A stretch of 64,000 bases of DNA from Candidatus Poribacteria bacterium (lineage in GTDB: Bacteria; Poribacteria; WGA-4E; WGA-3G). The stretch covers positions 2,016,001-2,080,000 of the forward strand of contig OZ242029.1 in the NCBI GenBank assembly GCA_965205015.1, read 5' to 3'. A program made the position numbers and the translations under genes. The notes beneath the pieces were generated by a model. It saw nothing but the letters and a program-made list of their open reading frames with translations, ran no database searches and was not told where the DNA came from. Shown here one piece after another: positions 46,128 through 57,205 of the stretch (the stretch's first letter is position 1; each line of letters opens with the position of its first letter).

Positions 46128-47771
46128 ATGAAATATTACGCATTGCTGCTTTTGGCGACAGCCCTTATCGCATCTGGATGCACTGCACCAGAGATTGATG
46201 AAGTCATGCTCGCGACCCAATTCCAGGACGCGCAGCAGGCGATCAATAACGCAGCCGCATTGGATGCTGAACCGTTGGTGCCAGAGGAATTCGGGCGCGC
46301 AGTGAAACTTCTAAATTTCGCTCGGAACTCACAGGAAAAGGGAGACATCCCCCAAAGTGCTGAATTTGCGTATCAGGCAGAATTGGTTGCGCAGATCGCC
46401 AGCGCAAAGGCACGGCAGCACCACGCTCGGCAAAAAGCCGTTACACTCCGAGAACAGATATACCAACAAATTATAAAGACACACGAGCACGAACTCGAAA
46501 TCGCCCGCATTCGTGAGGCGATCCTTGAAGAGCAACTCGCCCGTGCGTTGACTTCTCGCGACAAAGGGCAACAGCATGCAGAGCAACTTTCGACGGAACT
46601 CGCGCAGTTAAAAACATCCCTACGTCAAACCGAACTTCGGTTGTCACTCACGAGCGTGGAATCATTCGTTAATGTTTCAAAATATACCTATCCAGCGATC
46701 GAAGCAACTGCGGACTACGAGCGCGCCCAAGCATCAACCGCTTCGATAGCGAACCTCATTGAGCAAGAGGCGTTCGTTGAAGCAGAGGATGCTATCTCGG
46801 TGGCCCAGAAACTTGCCGATAAACTTTACCAGTTGGCGCAGGAAAACCAGAAGGTGGAAGCAGAAGCAAGGACACGCGCACACGTCTCTATTGGGAAGGC
46901 GGAGGTAATCATCCAGCGCGCACAATACCTCAACGCCAGCCAACACGCACCCCAGCAATTCCAAGAGGCAACGGCACGATTGAAACGCGCAAAACAGGAA
47001 TTAGCCACCAATCGCTACCAGCAAGCGCAACAATTTGCGCAGCAGGCGCAGCAAACCGCCGACGAGGCAACCATAATCGCGGAAGCAGCGGAATTCAGAC
47101 AACGCGCACAGAGGGAGTTAGATCAGCAGGCAGCGAAAGCGCAACGAGCGGTTGATACACTAAAAGGAAATCTCGCAGCGCAAGCAAAGACACAGGTCCC
47201 GCGGTTAGAAGCGCGACTCTATGAACTCGCCAATACAGCTTACACACAGGCAAAAACCGCATTCGCAAACAACGAGTATGAGACGGCTATCGCGGCTTCC
47301 GCTGAGGGCAGTGATTATCTCGAACGTGCTATTGCAAACGCACAACGAATAACATCGGCGAAATCAGATTTACTAAAGGCAGCAAGGCAGATCCCTAAAG
47401 CCACCGTTATAGAGCAGCCGGATAGCGTCCTTGTCCGTATCAGAGGCAATACGTTTGCCCACGGCAGCATCCAGCTTCAAAAAGATTTTTTCGCGACGTT
47501 TGAACAACTCGCAAGGGTCTTACGTCGGGAGAGTTTCAGCAGTTACCCCGTCCGAATCGAGGTACACACAAGTGCCTTGGGAAGTGCGAACCTCAATCGA
47601 AATGTAAGTATGGGGCGGGCAGACGCAATCAAAAGGTCTCTCGTTGAAGAACGGGTCAACCCGGAACGCCTCACGGCTGTGGGCTTGGGAGAAACCCAGC
47701 CCCTTATCAAAGAGGGTCCCACCAAAGAGGAACAGAACCGCAGGATTGATATAATTATCAAGACGAACTAA
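46128..47771 (+). CDS. Lipoprotein with repeated DUF4398-like helices and C-terminal OmpA-like domain
   Basis: Lipobox ASGC; IEVHT...N...S.GRA.AIK...GLGETQP...NRRIDI. Confidence 0.85.
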   Translation: MKYYALLLLATALIASGCTAPEIDEVMLATQFQDAQQAINNAAALDAEPLVPEEFGRAVKLLNFARNSQEKGDIPQSAEFAYQAELVAQIASAKARQHHARQKAVTLREQIYQQIIKTHEHELEIARIREAILEEQLARALTSRDKGQQHAEQLSTELAQLKTSLRQTELRLSLTSVESFVNVSKYTYPAIEATADYERAQASTASIANLIEQEAFVEAEDAISVAQKLADKLYQLAQENQKVEAEARTRAHVSIGKAEVIIQRAQYLNASQHAPQQFQEATARLKRAKQELATNRYQQAQQFAQQAQQTADEATIIAEAAEFRQRAQRELDQQAAKAQRAVDTLKGNLAAQAKTQVPRLEARLYELANTAYTQAKTAFANNEYETAIAASAEGSDYLERAIANAQRITSAKSDLLKAARQIPKATVIEQPDSVLVRIRGNTFAHGSIQLQKDFFATFEQLARVLRRESFSSYPVRIEVHTSALGSANLNRNVSMGRADAIKRSLVEERVNPERLTAVGLGETQPLIKEGPTKEEQNRRIDIIIKTN

Positions 47772-47777
47772 AAACTC

Positions 47778-48068
47778 GTGCAGCACAAAAATCCTTATCT
47801 CATCAATCAGGTCGCGATGAGCCTGTTTGGAGATAGATATATCATCATTTACGGGAATACGATTCAGTTCCACAACCACTGTTACCATCTGCGGTCCATC
47901 AATACGCCGGAGCATCCGCACTGTGGATGCTACTACTTAGAGGACGCGAACACCGGTTTGGCTATGTCAAGCGATGTCGATTTCGCACCCCCTGGGGCAT
48001 ACGGCGCGATTTTCGAGCCGCAGACGGGGGACCTTATCGAGTGCGAAACAGTACCTTTCTTGCTGTAG
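47778..48068 (+). CDS. Hypothetical His/Cys-containing protein
   Basis: GTG 6 nt after the previous stop, fills the gap to guaA; FHNHCYH, HPHCGC. Confidence 0.6.
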   Translation: MQHKNPYLINQVAMSLFGDRYIIIYGNTIQFHNHCYHLRSINTPEHPHCGCYYLEDANTGLAMSSDVDFAPPGAYGAIFEPQTGDLIECETVPFLL

Positions 48069-48123
48069 GAGCAAGTGATGCTCGCGATTCCAAATTATTT
48101 TTTTCATCTGAAACTGCAAGGCT

Positions 48124-49701
48124 ATGACGAACATCAACAGCACAAACACACCATCCACACAGCAAGAGACTATCCTCATTTTGGATTTCGGGTCGCAGTA
48201 CACGCAGCTGATTGCCCGACGCATCCGTGAGCAAAACGTCTACTGCGAAATTTATCCGCACACGCTACCCCTTTCGCAGATAGAGGCTATTGCCCCAAAG
48301 GGAATTATTCTCAGCGGTGGACCCGCAAGCGTCTACGAGGCGGATGCCCCAAAAATTGATCCCAAACTCTTCGAGTTGGAAACCCCGATATTGGGTATCT
48401 GTTACGGTATGCAACTCATGGCGGCACTGTTAGCAGGCGGAAAAGTCCATCCAGCGACACAACGGGAATACGGGCATGCACCCCTCCAAGTGCTTGATGC
48501 AGCTGACCCACTTTTCGCAGGACTTTCCTCGCAATTTTCTGCTTGGATGAGCCATGGCGATCGTATTGAGGCACCCCCCGTTGGATTCCAGACAATCGCA
48601 CAAACACAGAATGCCCCCATCGCGGCTATGGCGGATCCCACACGCGCGTTTTACGGGTTACAATTCCATCCTGAGGTCGAACATACCGAAGATGCCGATC
48701 AGATTTTGGCGAACTTCACGCGTAGCATCTGTGGATGTCGTAACGCCTGGACAATGCGTGCTTTCATCGCCCGTGCCACAGCACAAATACGGGAACAGGT
48801 CGGAAGTGAACGCGTCCTGTGTGCTGTTAGCGGAGGTATCGATTCAATGGTGCTGGCGACACTTTTACATCAGGCGATTGGAGAGGCACTTGTACCTGTC
48901 TTTGTTGACAACGGTCTCCTCCGAAAGAACGAAGCCGCTGAAGTGCTCAAAACCTGTGAGCAACTCGGAATTCCTCTCGTCGCTGTTGATGCGGTGGCGC
49001 CGTTTCTCAACGGGTTGGCAGGGGTGACAGATCCGGAAAAGAAGCGGAAGGTGATTGGGGCGCAGTTCATCGAAACCTTTAAAGCAACGGTGCAAGAATT
49101 GGGATACACCTTCCGATTCCTCGCGCAGGGCACACTCTATCCCGATGTTATAGAGAGTGTCTCTGTGAAGGGACCGTCCGCTACGATTAAGACGCACCAT
49201 AATGTCGGTGGCCTTCCATCCGACATGCCGTTTGAGCTGCTTGAACCCTTTCGGGAGCTTTTTAAAGACGAGGTACGGGCGGTTGGGGCAGAATTAAACG
49301 TACCAGCGTATGTCCTTGGGCGACACCCGTTTCCGGGACCGGGACTCGCCGTCCGCATTCTGGGTGAGGTGACGCATGAACGTTTAGAGGTACTCCGTTC
49401 AGCAGACGCTATCTTTATCTCTGAAATCAAAAAAGCGGGATTGTATGACGAAATTTGGCAGGCATTGGTTGTTCTTCTGCCCGTCAAAAGTGTTGGCGTG
49501 ATGGGCGACGCGCGGACGTATGAAAACGCGGTTGCACTCCGCGCCGTCACGAGTAGTGATGCAATGACAGCGGATTGGGCGCGTATACCAACCGATGTAC
49601 TCGCCAGAATCTCCAACCGTATTATCAATGAAGTGCAGGGCATCAACCGTGTCGTCTACGACATTAGTTCAAAACCGCCCAGCACAATTGAATGGGAATA
49701 G
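48124..49701 (+). CDS. guaA: GMP synthase (glutamine-hydrolyzing)
   Basis: [51 protein letters not shown]. Confidence 0.98.
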   Translation: MTNINSTNTPSTQQETILILDFGSQYTQLIARRIREQNVYCEIYPHTLPLSQIEAIAPKGIILSGGPASVYEADAPKIDPKLFELETPILGICYGMQLMAALLAGGKVHPATQREYGHAPLQVLDAADPLFAGLSSQFSAWMSHGDRIEAPPVGFQTIAQTQNAPIAAMADPTRAFYGLQFHPEVEHTEDADQILANFTRSICGCRNAWTMRAFIARATAQIREQVGSERVLCAVSGGIDSMVLATLLHQAIGEALVPVFVDNGLLRKNEAAEVLKTCEQLGIPLVAVDAVAPFLNGLAGVTDPEKKRKVIGAQFIETFKATVQELGYTFRFLAQGTLYPDVIESVSVKGPSATIKTHHNVGGLPSDMPFELLEPFRELFKDEVRAVGAELNVPAYVLGRHPFPGPGLAVRILGEVTHERLEVLRSADAIFISEIKKAGLYDEIWQALVVLLPVKSVGVMGDARTYENAVALRAVTSSDAMTADWARIPTDVLARISNRIINEVQGINRVVYDISSKPPSTIEWE

Positions 49702-49702
49702 A

Positions 49703-49865
49703 TGTCAGTCATTAACGATCAGTAGAAAGTTTGCCAGTTGAGAAGTTAGAAAGTTGCGAGAACGTTTAATCGCTGCTGACAACTTTACAACTTTGAAACT
49801 TTAGCACACTTCACAACTTCCCAAGATTCACGTCCTTTTTACTGACCGCTGACGGCTAATTGCCA
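49703..49865. repeat. Nested inverted short-tandem-repeat arrays between convergent genes
   Basis: aaagtt-type arrays (49725-49755) versus aacttt-type arrays (49781-49820), flanked by gtcagtc / ctgaccgctgacggct. Confidence 0.6.
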
Positions 49866-51047
49866 TTACACTGAATAAACCTGCGATGCGGCGTGAACAG
49901 CCGCGCCACGCGTCGCGCTATGCCCCGACTCAATGAGGAGTTTCTCTAACGCACTCAGGACGAGCATAACGTTTCGTTCGTTTGAAGATTCACCCATCAG
50001 CCCAATTCGCCACGCCTTTCCAGCAAAGACACCCAAACCCGCACCGATTTCTATGCCGTAGTCCGCGATGAGGCGTTTCCGAATCAGCGCGTCGTCGATC
50101 CCATCAGGAATACGGAGAGTTGTGAGCATCGGTGCACGGTAGCCCTTTTCGGCTGCAGGTTGCAGACCGATCGCTTTTGCACCCGCAAGGAGCGCACGAG
50201 CATTGTGCACATGCCGTTTATAGCGGACATCCAATCCCTCTTCCAAAACAACGCGCAATGCTTCCCGCAAGGCGTAGATAAGCGATATTGAAACAGTATG
50301 ATGATAACGCCGCTTTTCCTTCTCGCCATGCCAATAGTTTTCGAGGAGCGTCATGTCGAGATAGAAACTCTGGATAGGCGTTTTTCGGTTCCGAATTACC
50401 TCAACGGCACGATCACTGAAACTGATAGGTGAGAGTCCGGGGGGACCGGCGAGACATTTCTGGGTACAACTATACGCAATATCAATGCCGAGAGCATCCA
50501 TATCTACCGGGTGTCCTCCGAGACTGGTCACACAGTCTGCAAGGAAAAGGGCACCGCTTTGATGGGCAATCTCAACGGCATCTTTCAGAGGTTGCAGGAT
50601 ACCCGTAGAGGTTTCGCCATGTACCAACGCAACCAGCTTTGGGGTAGAAACGTTCGCAACGGCTTCAGCGATTTTTTCGGCAGAAATGTGTGTACCCCAT
50701 TCGGCTTCTACCCTTGTCACCACGCCACCGCATCGAGCGGCGATATCGGCGATCCGTTCGCCGAAATATCCTTTGACACCAACAACGACACCGTCACCGG
50801 GTTCAACAACGTTGGCAAGTGCTGCTTCCATCCCGGCGGTACCTGTGCCGGAGACGGGTAGCGTCAACCTGTTTTCGGTTCCAAAGACACGACGGAGCAG
50901 TCCGACCGTGTCGTCCATCACTTGGACAAATTCGGTATCTAAATACCCCAACATCGGGGTGGTCATCGCTTTAAGAACCCGCGCATTGGCTTCGCTCGGT
51001 CCGGGACCGAGTAGCACGCGCGGTGACACTATTAATTCATCGTACAC
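49866..51047 (-). CDS. Alanine--glyoxylate aminotransferase family (class V PLP)
   Basis: LLGPGPS, SGTGTAGMEA, VHGETSTG, DCVTS, TQKCL, WRIGLMG. Confidence 0.93.
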   Translation of the reverse strand: MYDELIVSPRVLLGPGPSEANARVLKAMTTPMLGYLDTEFVQVMDDTVGLLRRVFGTENRLTLPVSGTGTAGMEAALANVVEPGDGVVVGVKGYFGERIADIAARCGGVVTRVEAEWGTHISAEKIAEAVANVSTPKLVALVHGETSTGILQPLKDAVEIAHQSGALFLADCVTSLGGHPVDMDALGIDIAYSCTQKCLAGPPGLSPISFSDRAVEVIRNRKTPIQSFYLDMTLLENYWHGEKEKRRYHHTVSISLIYALREALRVVLEEGLDVRYKRHVHNARALLAGAKAIGLQPAAEKGYRAPMLTTLRIPDGIDDALIRKRLIADYGIEIGAGLGVFAGKAWRIGLMGESSNERNVMLVLSALEKLLIESGHSATRGAAVHAASQVYSV

Positions 51048-51114
51048 TTTTTTAATTTTTCCTTGCGGTTTTTTAATTTTTCAAACAGTCTTGGCGTGAG
51101 GGGAGTGTGCGCAT

Positions 51115-51147
51115 AAAAAGGGAGGGTGCTATACCGCACCCTCCTTT
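51115..51147 (-). terminator. Rho-independent terminator of the TPR gene
   Basis: ggagggtgc/gcaccctcc 9-bp stem with A-tract. Confidence 0.7.
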
Positions 51148-51198
51148 CAGGGAAAGCCTTGCTCAGGCGAGCGAGACTATGGGAACAGGATGTTGCAA

Positions 51199-54100
51199 TT
51201 ACTCGCCACCACCGCCGCCACCACCGGCAGCACCACCACGAATTTCCAGATTATTCGCCCGCATGTAGCTTTGAATCGTCTGGATTTGGCTGATTGCGTA
51301 CGTGAGTGCTTGGTTGACCTTCGTGTCTACAGGCGGCGTTGTCTCATATTTTGCCCACAACCGGTTGAAGTAATCCAACGCATCGTTGAAATACGCGTCG
51401 TCGCTATCGGCTAACACCATGTATGCCTCACCAATCTGCACGAAACCGAGATCTGCATACTTGCTTCCCGGATATGCGTCGATGATCTTCTGATACTCAG
51501 CGATGGCGGCTTCGACGGCAGGTTTCTGCTCGTCACCCCTCGCGAGTTTCGATTCATTCAGGAGCGTCGTTGCGACCTCATACTCGTAGAAAGCGAGCGC
51601 ATTCGCAGTATCATTGAGATAGCCTTGTGCTGTCGATTTCGACTCTGCACCGATACCGGGCGTATTGACTGCTTGCTGATAGTTCTCTATCGCCATCTGA
51701 TAGAGACGAATCCGTTCCGCTTGCTCCAGCTCAGATTCGGAGCCTGCGTTGTAGTACTTGTTGCCAATGTTAATAAGGGCATCAGCGGTGTACTGACTGT
51801 TCGGATACTCAGCGGCAAGCACTTCGTTCGCCGCAAAGAGTTGATCATACCAGCGCTGTTTCGCGTCCTCATCGCCGGATTTTTCGGCGGCTTCACTGAG
51901 AAGCTGCGCACATGTCGAGATAGCATACAACGATTCAGCAGCACTCTTGTGAGTCTTATTCACAGTGCGCACCTTCTCGTATTCCTCAATCGCTTTCTCA
52001 AACTGTTGCGCGGCGTAGTAGGATTCGCCGACGTGATACTGCCAGAAAGCGGCATCGTTCGCACTCGGATAACGACGCACCATATCACGGAAGACATCGC
52101 CAGCGGCAATGAAAAAGCTTACCGCTTTTTCAGACATCTCACCGTCCATACCGACTTGCATCCGTCCGAGTTCAAAGTTCGAAGCGGCTGTGTAATTCAG
52201 TGCGGTTTCCGTATTCTTACGGAGGGTATCCGATTTCGGGAAGAGTCCCTTATCGACGTAACTCACGAACGTCGTGAGCGGTTGCAGCGCACTGAGGAGG
52301 TCTTGCGGAAGTTTCACGCCAATACCGACAGAATAATATATCTGACCGGATTGGAAGAGTGAATTCTGAACATACGGGATGACCGTCTGTTTGTCCGCCT
52401 TTTCAACCGGGGCTGCAATTGAAGCGACTTCAAAGAATGTGCTTGCGGCATCCCGACTCGCATCAATGTACGGCTTCAGGTCTGTGCCTGCCTCTGTGGA
52501 GAAGAGCGAACGCGCTTTGTCAGAATAGAGGAAACCGAGGTTGTATTGTGCAGCGGCTTTTTCTGCTACACTCGCGTTCGGATTTTCTGTTGTCCGATCA
52601 CGGGCTTCAATCGCTTCAGCGATCGCTTCATCTAAGCGTCCCAATTCAACGTAGAGCGTCGAGCGACGGATACCAGCGTCTGCTACCATTGAGGCGACAT
52701 TCGTGTTGTCCGAACCGCTATATTCTCCGATAAGGGTTTGGAAGGTTTCCAACGCCTTAGACGGCTGTTTCAACTGGTCTTGATAAATCAAGCCGATCCG
52801 ATAGTAGGATTGCGCTTTGACGAGTGCGTCTTCTACTAACTCAATGGCGTTCTGGTAACTCATCAAGGCGTCCTGATAAGTTTTCAGTTGCTCCTCTTGG
52901 GCAAATGCCATTGCGAAGTAGGAGCGTCCCTTCATGTCTGCCTCTTCGGTGTTCTCAATAATATATTGATACTCTTGCACCGATGCGGCGTGGTCGCCGA
53001 GGATTCCGTTGAGTTCAGCAAGACGGGAATGCGCTTGGAAGATAAGCGACTTGCGCGCCTCGTCCTCGGTTTGTCCTTCTAATGCTGTAACCGCTTTGAA
53101 GGCGTCTGCAGCCCCTTTATTGTCCTCGAGTCCGAGCAACGCCAAACCCGCAGTGTAGTTAGCACTGATGAGGTTGTTCGCATCTTCCGTCAGGGTGCTC
53201 ACTTTTTCCGCAGCACTTACAGCGTTCTGTAGGCTCAACTGCTTGCTGCCTGCATCCGTCGCGGATTGCGCGATCTGATAATGACAGACTGCTGCTTGAT
53301 ACTGTGCGTTCGGGGCGAGTTCACTCTTCGGGAAAGTTTGCACAAAGAAGAGATACTCCGCCAGTGCTTCATCATAGCGTTTCGCACTATAGTAAGTGTG
53401 CCCGATCTTCAGTTGCGAACGGCTGCGTGCCTCTTCCGGCGCACCTGTGTTATCGACAATGCGCTTCAGCGAAGCCACGAGCGCATCAACATCGACCTCT
53501 TCACCGCTGTTTTCAACGGCAGTGGCTTTAATCAAGTCGATATGTCCGAGCGTCTTGAGAACGAGCTCATTGTCACTGGATCCATATTTATCGCTCGCTT
53601 CGTCGGCGAGTTGCAGGATGAGGGGCCATTTTTCCGTATCGTTCTGCTTTTGTGCCGCATCGCGATAGGCGAGTGCCAAGCCGTAATAGGCTTCAACGGC
53701 GTTGGGACTATCGGCATAATCGGAAATCACGCGTTTGAACGCTGCTTCGGAGGATTCCAAGAGTGCCGGATCTTCAGAAGCGGCTTGGTAATAGCAAAGT
53801 CCGACGAGGTAGAGCGCATCGTCTGCGTATTCACCCGTCGGGTTCCCATCGACCACAGCTTGGTACTGGGTAGCTGCTTCTTCAAAGCGCTCCTCTGCCC
53901 GGAGCAGGTCAGCGAGTTTAATCTCTGCCAACGAACGGTTGTCAGCGTCGGCAAGCTTATCTAAAATGCTGTTATAGTAGTTAATCGCACCCTCTTTATC
54001 GCCTTCCTTGACATGACTATTCGCAACGAGAAGGAGTGCGCGTTCGTAGTATTCACTCGTGTCAGGAATAGATGCGTAGCGGTCGCGTGCTTGCGTCCAG

Positions 54101-55905
54101 TCACCGAGCATTTCATGCGAAAGGGCTTCGTTCATGATACACGCTTCCACCTGAGCGATACGTTCACTGAAGTCATCGTAACGTTCCTCGGCGACCCCAG
54201 GGAGGAATGCATCGTCATTGAACATGGCGACCGCTTCCTGATACGCTGAAACAGACTGCTGGAGATAATCGGCATTGAAGTTAGCGTCTGCATCGCCTTC
54301 TTGATAGCCTTCAGGTTTCGCGGCTTCGTAATAGGAACGTCCTTCAAAGAATTTACCCATCAACTTGACGAGATGGAACTTCGGTAGTGGACGGTAGTCC
54401 CACAATTTCGCATATTCTTCAGCGGCTTCAATGTACTGTTTGAATTCAGTCCGCTTGATGTCAGCGAAACGGAGTTGAACCTCAGCGGCGAGGATGTCGA
54501 ACTCGTTATCGTTTTTGTTTTTCTCAATGAACTCGCGTGCGATTGTTTCCAACTCGTCTTTGCGGCCGAGATCGTTGAGTGCCCAAATTGCGCCGTAGAG
54601 CGCGTGGGGAGCAACCGGATCTTGCGGATAGTTGTCAACCGTTTTTTGATACCATTGCAGGGCGAGCTCAAGCGTTGCCATTCCGGTATCGGATTCCCCA
54701 GCCTTTATTTGATTGCTGCCGAGTTTGTAGTAGGCTTCACCAATCTGGTAGGAGCAATAGGGAACGAAATCGGTCGCTTCTTCATGTTCGTTGATAACAC
54801 GTTGATATGCTGCTGTTGCTTCGCTCCAATTCGCTAAGCGGAAATGGCTATCGGCAATACCGAGTTTTGCTTCGGCGATGAAGTCGCTCTCCGGGTATCC
54901 TTCAAGGAGTGTGTTATAGGCAACAATGGCGTTTTCATAGTCCCCTTGATCGAAGTAGGTACGTCCGATGGCAGACTGAATTTCTGCTTGGAGTGTGCGG
55001 TCGGCAGTGTTTTGGAGCGCTAACTCGTAGTTGACGCGTGCGTTGTCATAATCCTTCTGCCGGGCGTAAATCGCACCTTGGTCGAAGTATGCCGCCGTGA
55101 CGTATTGGCTTTCCGGGAACTGCGTGATGAAGTTGGTATACCGACCGATCGACTCATCATCCCGACCGAGTTGGTTCAAACTATAAGCCGCTTTATACAT
55201 CGCCTCGGCTTGCAGATCCGGGTAGTTCTTGAATTCCTCTGTCGCGATTTTATCGAACTCCTGATACGCTTGTTCATAGTTGGATTCGTTGAGGAACGAC
55301 TGCGCAATCAGGTGCTGTGCGTCATCTTTAAAATCGGAATTTGGGAAACCATCAAGAACCGCTTTGAACGCCTGTCGGGAGTCCTCGTAGTTCTGCAGTT
55401 TATAGTTCAGCTGCCCGATAGCATACCAAGCGTTTTCGACGAAAAGGCTGTTCGGGAAGTTCTCAATGAGCTGCGTGAACTTCGGCTCCGCCAATTCAAA
55501 CTGCTCCGTCCGATAGAGGATATGTCCCCAGAGGTAGGTTAACCCCTCTTGGTGTTTGGGGATCGTTGCCGTTGGCGCAACCTTTTCGATGTACTCAATC
55601 GCAGTGTCGTAGTGATTTACATCGCCTGACTGTTCAGCGAGACGTGAGTAGCTCACTGCAATCTTATAATTGGCGAGGGTGGGGAAATCCTTGTCAATAA
55701 CCTCGGTTTTCACACCCCGCTTTGTTGATTCTTCGAGTGCCTCTGTATACTTTGCAATTGCGCCTTCATAATCCGCCTGTCCGTACAAATCTTCAGCGGA
55801 TTGGAAGAGTTGCTCCACCTTTTTGGAGCTACCCATCATAAAAGGTGAAAGGAGCGCAACTATTAAAGCGAGACCACCGATAATGCCCAAAATCCTTGGG
55901 TTCAT
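51199..55905 (-). CDS. Giant membrane-anchored tetratricopeptide-repeat protein (1568 aa)
   Basis: N-terminal hydrophobic anchor; many TPR units (F..L...FP.S....A.Y.IG); Gly-rich tail. Confidence 0.9.
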   Translation of the reverse strand: MNPRILGIIGGLALIVALLSPFMMGSSKKVEQLFQSAEDLYGQADYEGAIAKYTEALEESTKRGVKTEVIDKDFPTLANYKIAVSYSRLAEQSGDVNHYDTAIEYIEKVAPTATIPKHQEGLTYLWGHILYRTEQFELAEPKFTQLIENFPNSLFVENAWYAIGQLNYKLQNYEDSRQAFKAVLDGFPNSDFKDDAQHLIAQSFLNESNYEQAYQEFDKIATEEFKNYPDLQAEAMYKAAYSLNQLGRDDESIGRYTNFITQFPESQYVTAAYFDQGAIYARQKDYDNARVNYELALQNTADRTLQAEIQSAIGRTYFDQGDYENAIVAYNTLLEGYPESDFIAEAKLGIADSHFRLANWSEATAAYQRVINEHEEATDFVPYCSYQIGEAYYKLGSNQIKAGESDTGMATLELALQWYQKTVDNYPQDPVAPHALYGAIWALNDLGRKDELETIAREFIEKNKNDNEFDILAAEVQLRFADIKRTEFKQYIEAAEEYAKLWDYRPLPKFHLVKLMGKFFEGRSYYEAAKPEGYQEGDADANFNADYLQQSVSAYQEAVAMFNDDAFLPGVAEERYDDFSERIAQVEACIMNEALSHEMLGDWTQARDRYASIPDTSEYYERALLLVANSHVKEGDKEGAINYYNSILDKLADADNRSLAEIKLADLLRAEERFEEAATQYQAVVDGNPTGEYADDALYLVGLCYYQAASEDPALLESSEAAFKRVISDYADSPNAVEAYYGLALAYRDAAQKQNDTEKWPLILQLADEASDKYGSSDNELVLKTLGHIDLIKATAVENSGEEVDVDALVASLKRIVDNTGAPEEARSRSQLKIGHTYYSAKRYDEALAEYLFFVQTFPKSELAPNAQYQAAVCHYQIAQSATDAGSKQLSLQNAVSAAEKVSTLTEDANNLISANYTAGLALLGLEDNKGAADAFKAVTALEGQTEDEARKSLIFQAHSRLAELNGILGDHAASVQEYQYIIENTEEADMKGRSYFAMAFAQEEQLKTYQDALMSYQNAIELVEDALVKAQSYYRIGLIYQDQLKQPSKALETFQTLIGEYSGSDNTNVASMVADAGIRRSTLYVELGRLDEAIAEAIEARDRTTENPNASVAEKAAAQYNLGFLYSDKARSLFSTEAGTDLKPYIDASRDAASTFFEVASIAAPVEKADKQTVIPYVQNSLFQSGQIYYSVGIGVKLPQDLLSALQPLTTFVSYVDKGLFPKSDTLRKNTETALNYTAASNFELGRMQVGMDGEMSEKAVSFFIAAGDVFRDMVRRYPSANDAAFWQYHVGESYYAAQQFEKAIEEYEKVRTVNKTHKSAAESLYAISTCAQLLSEAAEKSGDEDAKQRWYDQLFAANEVLAAEYPNSQYTADALINIGNKYYNAGSESELEQAERIRLYQMAIENYQQAVNTPGIGAESKSTAQGYLNDTANALAFYEYEVATTLLNESKLARGDEQKPAVEAAIAEYQKIIDAYPGSKYADLGFVQIGEAYMVLADSDDAYFNDALDYFNRLWAKYETTPPVDTKVNQALTYAISQIQTIQSYMRANNLEIRGGAAGGGGGGGE

Positions 55906-56056
55906 TCGTATTCTCCTTGTTTACGTCGTGCACGCTCAAAACGCGCCCACGAGGTTGAAAATTATAGTAACGTTCATAATCACAATTTAACTTCAATGCA
56001 ATCCCACTCGTTTAGCTGCCGTTGGGATTCGAAGGGGAAGGTCCGTAAGAAAACAC

Positions 56057-57142
56057 CTACAACTCTCTGGAATCGTAGACTTCTGAAATAGATAATGTTT
56101 CCAACGGTACATCCAACAATTTTTTCTCTGAAAAGTCTTTAAATCCGCTCCACTTCCGCTCATACTGTTGGAGTGCGTGCCGTCCATCCATACCCTGCAA
56201 CAAGAGCAATGCATATCTGCTTTCGGTTAATACATCGCGACCCGTGAGACGTTCCCAGAACGCACCCTGTGCCGGAATTTCGGCATAAGCGAGCAATTCC
56301 GAGTCAATGTCTAACGCCGCACTTGGGACTGTATCAGAATCCCCCTCTTGAAGTGTGGTGAAGATATATCCCTCTGTCATCGGTTCATCAGTGAATAGCC
56401 AAACATCGGAACTTGAATCAATAGCGGGAGGCTCCGTCGGACGCCTGTACGGGCTGGGGGATTTCGTCTGTGAATAGATGAAATCCATTCCTTGTATTAC
56501 ATTCCCAGCCCCTACCGATCGATGAATGCCCGTCGGTTGAGTCCCAGCGGCATCTTGTCTGATAGCAAGGGCTGCAGTAGGTTGGACCGAGGTCGGTGAG
56601 TCGGCAGAGAAGAACCGAATTTTCGCTGCTCCATACAGACGACCCAGCATGGAACCACCGTCATCGTGTGTTGAGACTTGGTTTAGCAGAAGCGACGCAA
56701 CAACTAACATCGTCAGCGTTAGACCGGAAATATAATACGGAAAAGCGTGTTGTCTTATGGAGAGAAACCCACCCAAACGGGAATGATCAATACCGCGATG
56801 GAGCTGGGTGAACAGCTGCCATCCAAGACGCATAGCGACTGCAAAGAGCCGTTGATGGAGGGCAGTTGGCGCACTCTGTTCAATACGGTGTTGGAGTTGC
56901 GTTGTAAACCGAGCGTAATAGGCATCCGATGCTTCCGGTTCAACGTAAAAATTTTCGAGGAGGTGGTTCGTTTTCTTTAGGTCTACCAGTTCTCGTTTGC
57001 ACGCTTCGCAGGAGCGGAGATGCACTGCGACGACACTACGCTGCCGTTCGGAAAGCGTCCCATCTATATAGTCAGATAAAAGGCGTTCTATTTTGTCACA
57101 CTTCGATCTCATGGATATTCCCCTCGAGAGTGTGTATTCCAC
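56057..57142 (-). CDS. Zinc-finger (zf-HC2) anti-sigma factor
   Basis: C..I..LLSDYIDG.L......V..HLRSCEAC; one TM; directly downstream of ECF sigma; start could be ATG 57112. Confidence 0.85.
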   Translation of the reverse strand: MEYTLSRGISMRSKCDKIERLLSDYIDGTLSERQRSVVAVHLRSCEACKRELVDLKKTNHLLENFYVEPEASDAYYARFTTQLQHRIEQSAPTALHQRLFAVAMRLGWQLFTQLHRGIDHSRLGGFLSIRQHAFPYYISGLTLTMLVVASLLLNQVSTHDDGGSMLGRLYGAAKIRFFSADSPTSVQPTAALAIRQDAAGTQPTGIHRSVGAGNVIQGMDFIYSQTKSPSPYRRPTEPPAIDSSSDVWLFTDEPMTEGYIFTTLQEGDSDTVPSAALDIDSELLAYAEIPAQGAFWERLTGRDVLTESRYALLLLQGMDGRHALQQYERKWSGFKDFSEKKLLDVPLETLSISEVYDSREL

Positions 57143-57205
57143 ACGTCTATAAACCCACGAAACTCAACTAATTTCGGTTACCGAAATTTTCCTTTGAATC
57201 GAAAC

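Noticed and set aside
51199-51240. Gly-rich TPR tail as a MoeB-activated sulfur-carrier terminus
   Set aside because: Ends in Glu rather than GG, and the protein is probably extracytoplasmic
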